37,498 nucleotides of DNA from Fidelibacterota bacterium (lineage in GTDB: Bacteria; Fidelibacterota; Marinisomatia; Marinisomatales; TCS55), in assembly GCA_046861385.1 (NCBI GenBank), contig JBHHTW010000023.1, positions 1 to 37,498 of the forward strand. The letters are read 5' to 3'. Both the position numbers and the translations under genes were made by a program. The notes under the pieces are model-generated. The model made no database searches, was not told where the DNA came from, and was given only the letters and a program-made list of their open reading frames with translations. Shown here in pieces: positions 1 to 7,715 of this stretch (the stretch's first letter is position 1; each line of letters begins with the position of its first letter).

Positions 1-44
1 AGACAGGAATGTCTGTTGCGCCAGACTTTTTCTTACTATAAAAA

Positions 45-73
45 TTGACTTGCCTTTCTCTCAATATTAACTT
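45..73 (+). promoter_or_regulatory. putative sigma70-type promoter of the envelope locus
   Basis: TTGACT (45-50), 17-nt spacer, TAACTT (68-73), 56 nt upstream of the ATG at 130. Confidence 0.55.
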
Positions 74-129
74 GCCAGGCAAATTTTTCAGTATGTTGAT
101 TGAAATGCTGAAAGCATCCAATTCGATCT

Positions 130-2277
130 ATGACAAAAAATTTAAATCACTTCGTTTTGTTTATTCTTTACGCTGGAATTATTACATTTCTCCCAGCCCA
201 ATTTGCTAATGATGTTTATGATAAATATACATCGGTGGGTCAACTGGGTTTAGCCGTTACAAATTTTGGCGTGTTAGGCAACGGATGGAATAAAATCAAC
301 GGTCGCATCCAGCCCTCCTGTCAATACAAACAAAAAACAGAAATTCTCCGGGAACAGGTTGAACATTTTTCTTATGCTGGTCTTTGGATTGGAGGAAAAG
401 TCAATGGTCAGCGGCGCGTTTCTACCGCAATCGTGGATGGTGTGTTTGATTCCGGTCAGGAAGGATTTGAATTTTTCTCTAATTCCGGCGTGGAGATTCG
501 TTCATCCATTTCATCTACATCTTTGGATTCCATGGCTCAATATTTTTCACCATTTGCTGTTTCCCACCAGGATTTAATTATGGATTTCAAGGATTATGGC
601 GTTTCGCCTTCAGATGGTTATGCGATCCCAAATCATAATCCTCTTGGGATTGATGTTCATTTAGAAAGTTATGCCTGGAATTTCACCTTTGCTGACGCGT
701 TTGTTATTTTGAATTACACGATTAAGAATTCCTCTAGTGATACAATAAATAATATTTATGGTGGTTTATGGATGGATGCATCTGTCGCCAATATGAATTA
801 TACAAGTAGATATGAGCCGGGAGGCGGATTTACATGGACGGATAACCTGGATGGGTTTGACCGGTCTGTAGATGATGCAGGTTTTAACCGGGACATTGCC
901 TACCAATACGATGCCGATGGTGATGACGGCTGGGCGGAATCATATATCGGTGTTTCCTTATTGGGTGGAACAGTCCCATTGCCGTATGTTCAATCCCATT
1001 ACAGTCAATGGGCGTGGACCAGTACCAATAATTCTGATTATCCCCAATACGGAATGCCTCTTAGAGATGAAGATCGATACGAAGCAATGAAGTCAAATGT
1101 CCCGAAAGGAACAGGAGTGGATTACACCGAAGAAGGGTATCCAGCTATGCCGGACAGTTGGCTATTTCTACACTCCGCTGGTCCATTTGGTAGTAAACCC
1201 AATAATGCTGATTCAACTAGTTGGATACTACCGCCGGGAGATTCATGTAAAATTGTCATGACCATTGTTTGTGCCCGATGGAATGGTGCGACGGGTGATT
1301 CACCGGAACGTCGGAAAAACCTCCATGTAAATAATGACTGGGCACAAAAAACCTATGATGGTGAAGATATTAACCGGAATAATATTCTGGACGATGGGGA
1401 GGACTTAAATGATGATGGAAAACTCACCCGATATATTTTACCCGAACCACCACCGGTACCCAATATTGCTTTAAAAGTGGATGATCGGGAAGTAACCATT
1501 TACTGGCAAAATAATGCTGAATCATTTGTTGATCCCATCAGTCAGGAACAGGATTTTGAAGGGTATCATATTTATGGGGCTCGTAAAACATTGGGAGATA
1601 GCGATAAAGAATTCACCCTTCTTGGTGAATTCGATTTAGGGCACCCGGATTATTTAAACATTGGGTATAACACCGGATTCGATTTTATTAGAATTGTGAA
1701 TGCATTTGGAGAACAGGATAGTATAGAAATAGATGGTAATTACTATCATTATCAATTTGTCAATAAAGATGTGAAAAATGGATGGCTTAATTATTATGCG
1801 GTAACTGCCTATGACAGGGGAGATCCAAATGCGAATTTGCAAAGCCTTGAAAGTTCTGTTTATGCCAATCGGAAATATGTATACCCCGGGATTAAATCAA
1901 CCAGCGATTGGGCAGGTAAACCAACCGTGTATCCCAATCCCTATCGAGGTCAGGCAAAATGGGACGGTTCTGGCAGCCGGGGACAACAAATTTGGTTTCA
2001 GAATATACCGGAGAAAGCAGAAATCAGGATATTTTCATTAGCAGGAGACTTGGTTGAGGTTCTAAACCATACCAGGGACTATATTGGCGAGGATATACAA
2101 AATATAGATGATCGAAAAAATCCCCAATTCAGTGGAGGAGAACATGCATGGGACCTTATCACTCGTCACGATCAGGCCGCGGCGACAGGATTGTATTTAT
2201 TCACTGTTGAAAATTTAAATATTGAAAGTTCATCATTTGGTGAAATAAAGGAAGGTAAATTTCTAATCATAAAATAA
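130..2277 (+). CDS. secreted protein with Ca-binding-like loops, Fn3-like domain and atypical T9SS/FlgD-like C-terminal sorting domain
   Basis: 715 aa; N-terminal signal peptide; tandem DINRNNILD/DLNDDG loops; Fn3-like PPPVP..VTIYW..NGWLNYYAVTAYD; C-terminus VYPNPY..IRIFSLAGDLV..WDL..GLYLF..GKFLIIK. Confidence 0.75.
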   Translation: MTKNLNHFVLFILYAGIITFLPAQFANDVYDKYTSVGQLGLAVTNFGVLGNGWNKINGRIQPSCQYKQKTEILREQVEHFSYAGLWIGGKVNGQRRVSTAIVDGVFDSGQEGFEFFSNSGVEIRSSISSTSLDSMAQYFSPFAVSHQDLIMDFKDYGVSPSDGYAIPNHNPLGIDVHLESYAWNFTFADAFVILNYTIKNSSSDTINNIYGGLWMDASVANMNYTSRYEPGGGFTWTDNLDGFDRSVDDAGFNRDIAYQYDADGDDGWAESYIGVSLLGGTVPLPYVQSHYSQWAWTSTNNSDYPQYGMPLRDEDRYEAMKSNVPKGTGVDYTEEGYPAMPDSWLFLHSAGPFGSKPNNADSTSWILPPGDSCKIVMTIVCARWNGATGDSPERRKNLHVNNDWAQKTYDGEDINRNNILDDGEDLNDDGKLTRYILPEPPPVPNIALKVDDREVTIYWQNNAESFVDPISQEQDFEGYHIYGARKTLGDSDKEFTLLGEFDLGHPDYLNIGYNTGFDFIRIVNAFGEQDSIEIDGNYYHYQFVNKDVKNGWLNYYAVTAYDRGDPNANLQSLESSVYANRKYVYPGIKSTSDWAGKPTVYPNPYRGQAKWDGSGSRGQQIWFQNIPEKAEIRIFSLAGDLVEVLNHTRDYIGEDIQNIDDRKNPQFSGGEHAWDLITRHDQAAATGLYLFTVENLNIESSSFGEIKEGKFLIIK

Positions 2278-2295
2278 ACAAAAAAGGAGAACAGA

Positions 2296-5200
2296 ATGAA
2301 GAATCTGTTAATAGTGAATATGTTCATGCTGAGCAGTATATTTGCTCAAGTTGATTTTGAAACACAAATCCAACCTATTTTGACTAGCAATTGTACAAGC
2401 TGTCATACATCTACCCACAGTACAGGTTTGGACTTAACATCCGGCAATAGCTATAATGATTTGGTTGATGTGGTATCGCAAAATTATTCTCCAGCATTGC
2501 GTGTTGTTAGCGGGGATCCAGGCAGTTCTGTTATGTATAATAAAATTACGAATACGGGTACCTATGGCGGAGTGATGCCTCCATCAGGGCAAATCTCTAC
2601 GGCCAATCAAACATTGATCCAAACATGGATTACAGAACTTGGTAGTGCGACTTATATCACAATAGCTGAAGCCCGTAACCAGCCCGTTGGGACCAATGTA
2701 ACCGTCAGGGGAATAATTACGACGCCAAATTTTCAATCAAGCAATGCGGAGTTTGGATTGCAAGATCCAACAGCCGGTACTGTCATATTTCATTTTGGTG
2801 CTCCATTTGTAACCTTGAATGTGGGGGATAGTGTAGAGGTCACGGGAGATGTAGATGAGTTTAATGGAAAAATTGAAATTGTACCCAGCGGTGCCAGTGA
2901 TATTACTGTCATTAGCTCGGGCAATAGTTTGCCTGCTTTTCAAGATGTGACGGTTGCCACTTTTGTTGCCAATGGCGAAGATTATGAATCTGAGCTAATA
3001 AAAATTAATAATGCTACAATTACGTCCGGTTCATGGCCGGGGAGTGGTTCATCAGCGAATTTGGACATTTCAGATGATGGCGGTACGTCTACAGTCACCA
3101 TGCGTATCGATTCGGATACAGATATTGATGGACAAACACAGCCGCAGGATCCTTTTAATGTACAGGGGATTGCCGGTCAATATAATGACTATCAGATCTT
3201 CCCGAGATATTACACAGATTTTTCACCTGCCGGCGCTGTTTCACCCACAATAGCTGATATTACTATTGACCCAACAGCTCCAACTGAAGCGGATAATGTT
3301 ACGGTGTCCGCAACTATTACAGATGACGGCACAATTGCCAGTGCAACGCTCACATACAATGGCGGTTCTGAAAATATGACCAATACAACGGGTGATACAT
3401 ATACAGGATCCATATCGGCGCAGACAGCAGGGACAACGGTTACCTTTTCAATAACAGCGGTTGATAATGAAGGTAATAGTACAACATCAGACGAATTTTC
3501 CTATTTAATAATTTCAAGCGGAGGTACAATTACATCTATCTATGATATACAGTACGTCAGCGACCCTGCAGCAAATGACGCCAGTCCTCTTGACGGGCAG
3601 GAAGTAACAATCAGTGGAATTGTAACAGCGGAATTCTGGGGAAGCAGCAGTAACCGCTACCTCCATGTTCAAGATGATGAAGGACCCTGGAATGGAATAG
3701 TCGTATTTGAATATAGCGGCTGGGATAATTTTGATTTTTCAACATCATCTGGAATTGTTAATTCCGTGGCAGAAGGCGATAGTGTTACTTTAACCGGAAC
3801 TGTAGATGAATATTATCACTTAACTGAAATTGTGGATGTGACAGAAGTAATTATTCATGGACAGGCTGTCAATATGATCAGTCCATCTGTCGTTACACCG
3901 GGCCAAGTTATGACAAGCGGAACCGAAGCAGAAGCCTATGAAGGATGTTTAATTATGGTTGAAGATGCATCGGTAGATGATGATAGCCTGGGGCACGGTG
4001 AATGGTCTATCAGTGATGGAACCAATTCTATGAGAGTAGATGATATTTGGGATTATTATTATTTTCCAGTATTGAATCAAAATCTTGCTTCTGTAACGGG
4101 TGTTATGACCTACAATTTCAACGACACAAAACTTGAACCACGTTTAGCTCGCGATGTCGTCGAAGCGGTTGGAGACCCCGTTAGACTTCAACGCATTCAG
4201 CAGGTATTATACAGTGACCTTATTAATACAGCCGAGGATGGCGAGTCGGATATGTCCTATATGCTCGACTCTACTGTTACTGTTGAGGGAATTGTCACAA
4301 TGCCAACCGGTTTGAGTTTTGCCGGTGCAGGAATAAAATTTATTTTCCAGGATGAACATGGGGGTCCGTGGAGTTCAATATTATCCTATGATCCTGACAG
4401 TTCAGCATTCCCAGTGCTGTATGAAGGGGATCGTATTCAGGCAACAGGTTATATTTCTGAATATACAACCAGCACCTCGAATATGACTGAGTTATTCATT
4501 ACTGAACCGGTGAATATTCTTGAAGTAGGTGTTTCTTTACCCACACCGAAACTCGTTGCGACCGGTGATTTGCGCTGGCCAACCGAGGCGGAGCAATGGG
4601 GAAATGTCACCGTTAGGATTGAAGAAGGGATCGTAACAAATAACGATCTTCAATACGAAGTTTTCGAAGTCGATGATGGGTCTGGTGGCGTTTTAGTGGA
4701 TGATGATTCAGATAGTATTTCCACATACTTTGATGCAGTTGGACCGCCTCCAGAAGGATCATTCATTACTTCTATTGAAGGTTGGATTTATCATCATTAT
4801 GGCGCTTATTCAGATTCATCAGCTTATAAACTGGAACCTCTCTATGAATCAGATATTGTATTTGGAGCTGGCCCACCCACTATTTCTGATGTATCAAGAG
4901 ATCCATGTACACCCTCTACATCAGATGCAGTTACTATTAGTGCTGTAATCGAGGATAATTCTGCGATTGCCTCCGCCGACATTATGTACGCGGTCAATGG
5001 TGGTACATATGGATCAGTTTCAATGACATTGGGAACTGACAATACATGGACAGGGACCATCCCGGCCTCAGGTTCTGATGGCGCTCAAATAGATTATTAT
5101 ATTTCAGCTGCCGATGATGGGACTGATCAGGATGCACCTAAAACGAGTACTTATCCCTATGATATTACAGTCCTACAACTCGGCTACGCAACCTATGACG

Positions 5201-6150
5201 ATGGCGGTATTAGTAATATTAGCGATATACAATATACGCAATGGTCTCAGGGAGATTCTCCCTACAATGGGTGTGAAGTCACTGTCACAGGGATTATTAC
5301 TGCGGATACTGCTCAGTATCATTCCGGTTACGGTGCTTATGCACTTCAATTTGAGTCAGCGCCATGGAGTGGAATTGTCTTCGATGGTTGGGATGATTCA
5401 GAATTAACCAGGGGAGATGAAGTGACTATTACAGGTACTGTTGAAGAATATGATCCAACCTGGCATTTTAAATATGATAATAATACCAAACTGATCAATA
5501 TCTCTGGTGTGTCTGTAAATAGCACTGGGAATTCAATTACACCTTTGAGTGTCAGCACAGCTGACTTGGCTGGAGATGCAGATGAAGTTGAATCTTATGA
5601 AGGCTGTCTGGTGACCCTGTCTAATGTGACAGTCTCCACGGCGAACTCGTATGATTGGTCAATCGTCGATGATTCTGGTATAGAATGTCTCATTGATGAT
5701 GATATGGCAACGATGGAAGCCCATAGTGCTATGTCTGGTTTATCTGTAGGTCAAACACTGACAACAGTATCAGGCATTTTCAATTTCAGTTTTGGGACGT
5801 ATAAAATCCAGATTCGGGATGTGACGGACCTGGGCGCTCTTGGGATTGATGATGGTTTTGATGGTGTTGCACGTGAATTTGCACTCTATCCCAACTTCCC
5901 AAATCCATTCAATCCTGAAACGCGCATCCGGTTTCAATTGGCAAAACATTCAGATGTAAAGGTCATGATCTATGATATCCTTGGGAGGAAAGTCAGAACA
6001 TTAGTGTCCGATAAAATGGATGCCGGTTATCATGTAGTTAATTGGGACGGCTTAAATGATGAAGGCTCTGATGTTGCATCCGGTATGTATGTTTACCGGA
6101 TTAAAGCCGGGGATTTCATTGCCCACCGGAAGATGCTGTTGGTGAGATAA
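2296..6150 (+). CDS. secreted multidomain protein: c-type cytochrome domain + 4 double OB-fold repeats + 2 Ig-like domains + T9SS type A/FlgD-Ig CTD
   Basis: 1284 aa; SD AGGAG 2285-2289; signal peptide; CTSCH at aa 33-37 with MPP at aa 94; four repeats I..(I/A)(Q/R)..VT(V/I).GI(I/V)T ... E.YEG.L ... YKL.P; C-terminus FALYPNFPNPFNPET..WDG..VASGMYVYRI..KMLLVR. Confidence 0.85.
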   Translation: MKNLLIVNMFMLSSIFAQVDFETQIQPILTSNCTSCHTSTHSTGLDLTSGNSYNDLVDVVSQNYSPALRVVSGDPGSSVMYNKITNTGTYGGVMPPSGQISTANQTLIQTWITELGSATYITIAEARNQPVGTNVTVRGIITTPNFQSSNAEFGLQDPTAGTVIFHFGAPFVTLNVGDSVEVTGDVDEFNGKIEIVPSGASDITVISSGNSLPAFQDVTVATFVANGEDYESELIKINNATITSGSWPGSGSSANLDISDDGGTSTVTMRIDSDTDIDGQTQPQDPFNVQGIAGQYNDYQIFPRYYTDFSPAGAVSPTIADITIDPTAPTEADNVTVSATITDDGTIASATLTYNGGSENMTNTTGDTYTGSISAQTAGTTVTFSITAVDNEGNSTTSDEFSYLIISSGGTITSIYDIQYVSDPAANDASPLDGQEVTISGIVTAEFWGSSSNRYLHVQDDEGPWNGIVVFEYSGWDNFDFSTSSGIVNSVAEGDSVTLTGTVDEYYHLTEIVDVTEVIIHGQAVNMISPSVVTPGQVMTSGTEAEAYEGCLIMVEDASVDDDSLGHGEWSISDGTNSMRVDDIWDYYYFPVLNQNLASVTGVMTYNFNDTKLEPRLARDVVEAVGDPVRLQRIQQVLYSDLINTAEDGESDMSYMLDSTVTVEGIVTMPTGLSFAGAGIKFIFQDEHGGPWSSILSYDPDSSAFPVLYEGDRIQATGYISEYTTSTSNMTELFITEPVNILEVGVSLPTPKLVATGDLRWPTEAEQWGNVTVRIEEGIVTNNDLQYEVFEVDDGSGGVLVDDDSDSISTYFDAVGPPPEGSFITSIEGWIYHHYGAYSDSSAYKLEPLYESDIVFGAGPPTISDVSRDPCTPSTSDAVTISAVIEDNSAIASADIMYAVNGGTYGSVSMTLGTDNTWTGTIPASGSDGAQIDYYISAADDGTDQDAPKTSTYPYDITVLQLGYATYDDGGISNISDIQYTQWSQGDSPYNGCEVTVTGIITADTAQYHSGYGAYALQFESAPWSGIVFDGWDDSELTRGDEVTITGTVEEYDPTWHFKYDNNTKLINISGVSVNSTGNSITPLSVSTADLAGDADEVESYEGCLVTLSNVTVSTANSYDWSIVDDSGIECLIDDDMATMEAHSAMSGLSVGQTLTTVSGIFNFSFGTYKIQIRDVTDLGALGIDDGFDGVAREFALYPNFPNPFNPETRIRFQLAKHSDVKVMIYDILGRKVRTLVSDKMDAGYHVVNWDGLNDEGSDVASGMYVYRIKAGDFIAHRKMLLVR

Positions 6151-6159
6151 GTTGTAATT

Positions 6160-6196
6160 AACCTTCCGAAGGTTACAAACCTTCGGAAGGTTTTTT
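6160..6196 (+). terminator. perfect 15-bp inverted repeat with U-tract (terminator / REP-like nested palindrome)
   Basis: AACCTTCCGAAGGTT-ACA-AACCTTCGGAAGGTT followed by TTTT, 9 nt after the stop of the 1284-aa gene. Confidence 0.8.
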
Positions 6197-6209
6197 CCAT
6201 AATTCAATT

Positions 6210-7715
6210 ATGCGCTATTTGGGATTTATACTATTGCTATTTTTAGTTTCGTGCTCTCTTTGGGAATACGAGGATCCGTCTATTCCAAATGAAAAAGAAA
6301 TTCCAGAAACCTACTTATCGCTAATTGCCGTTGATACGATCTTTGCAAGTATAGATTCTTTGACCGGCGAGGTTATTTATGCTATTGATGAGGAGCCAAC
6401 ACCGGGAATAATTTGGGATACCCTTGATTATGCCTTTACTACCATTACCACCAGTAAACAACACCTCCACTGGTGGGGAGAGGATAATGACGGAGGTATT
6501 ATCGGATATAAATATAAATGGAATTCGGACACTATTTGGACATTCACAACTGAAGAAGAAGGTTTATTTTTTGTTCCCATCCGAACCGATCTGGACGTAT
6601 TTAGTTTTGAAGTAAAAGCGATTGATACTGATAGTCTTGAAGATGAAACTCCTGCAAAATTGACCGTTCCTATACGTAATTCCCGTCCGGAAATCAGTTT
6701 TCGATATCGCAGCAATCCTTTCGTGGATAATATACAAAGTGACACTAGTTTAACTTTTCCAACTCGAACATTCGTTTGGGATGTAACCGATCAGGACGGC
6801 ATTGAAACAATTACCGATATTTATTGGGCGTTGGATGATACGTGCGATACATGCTGGAACCAATTGGATGCAGCTGCATACTCCAGTAAAACTTTGACAG
6901 AGATTGACCCTGGCTTCCACCGGTTTTATGTGAAAGCGAAAGACATTGCTGGAGCTGAAAGTAATATTATTTTTTTTCCGGATGATACCAATCCAAATGA
7001 GCCCGCTTTCTGGCGAGTGATGCCCGTTCTCGGGGAATTATTACTGGTTGACGATTTTGTACAAGACAGTCAGAACAATGCTCAAAATTGGTATAGGTCT
7101 ATTTTGGATTCAATCGTTGGAGAAAATCAATATTCAGTGTGGGAAATTGGAAATGAGCTCCCATATTCAACCAATGACGTTTCTGCAAATTTACGATATT
7201 TTAAAAAAGTAGTTTGGTATGCTGCTTATACAGGAGGAGAGACATATGATGAGGCAAGCACCAGCTTATTAAACTATGTTCTTGACGGACGCCATTTATT
7301 ACTGAATGCACCTGAGCTGAAAGATTCCACTTTTACATGGTTTCCATTAAATGAAACTTCAGTGATTAATCCTTCAGGCCGTTTATTATCCGGAACAATA
7401 TTGGAATCTCAAATCGATGATAGTTTGAACTTGACGTTGTCGTCATTGGTGGCGATTCGTGTAAAGGAATTTTCACCTGATTCCAGTCAATTCAGTACCA
7501 TTAAAAGCATATATACGATCGAGGAAGGAGAAGGCAATGACGAATGGTCAGGTACACCAAATGTTTGCAGTTTAGGTAGATTTCAAATATCTCCAACAAA
7601 AGAATCCGGAAAAGTAGTTCTTTTTTCAATTCCGATACATAATGGTTCATTACCAGTTTTAAGTAAGAGCAAATCTTTTATTAATTATTTGATACAAAAA
7701 GAGTTTTCTGAGTGA
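6210..7715 (+). CDS. lipoprotein with tandem Fn3/Ig-like domains
   Basis: 501 aa; lipobox LVS-C15; two similar units WWGEDNDG..YKYKW..FEVKAID and WDVTDQDG..IYWAL..FYVKAKD. Confidence 0.75.
   Translation: MRYLGFILLLFLVSCSLWEYEDPSIPNEKEIPETYLSLIAVDTIFASIDSLTGEVIYAIDEEPTPGIIWDTLDYAFTTITTSKQHLHWWGEDNDGGIIGYKYKWNSDTIWTFTTEEEGLFFVPIRTDLDVFSFEVKAIDTDSLEDETPAKLTVPIRNSRPEISFRYRSNPFVDNIQSDTSLTFPTRTFVWDVTDQDGIETITDIYWALDDTCDTCWNQLDAAAYSSKTLTEIDPGFHRFYVKAKDIAGAESNIIFFPDDTNPNEPAFWRVMPVLGELLLVDDFVQDSQNNAQNWYRSILDSIVGENQYSVWEIGNELPYSTNDVSANLRYFKKVVWYAAYTGGETYDEASTSLLNYVLDGRHLLLNAPELKDSTFTWFPLNETSVINPSGRLLSGTILESQIDDSLNLTLSSLVAIRVKEFSPDSSQFSTIKSIYTIEEGEGNDEWSGTPNVCSLGRFQISPTKESGKVVLFSIPIHNGSLPVLSKSKSFINYLIQKEFSE

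Noticed and set aside
6843-6857. CDTCW in the lipoprotein as a second heme site
   Set aside because: No His after CxxC; at most a disulfide
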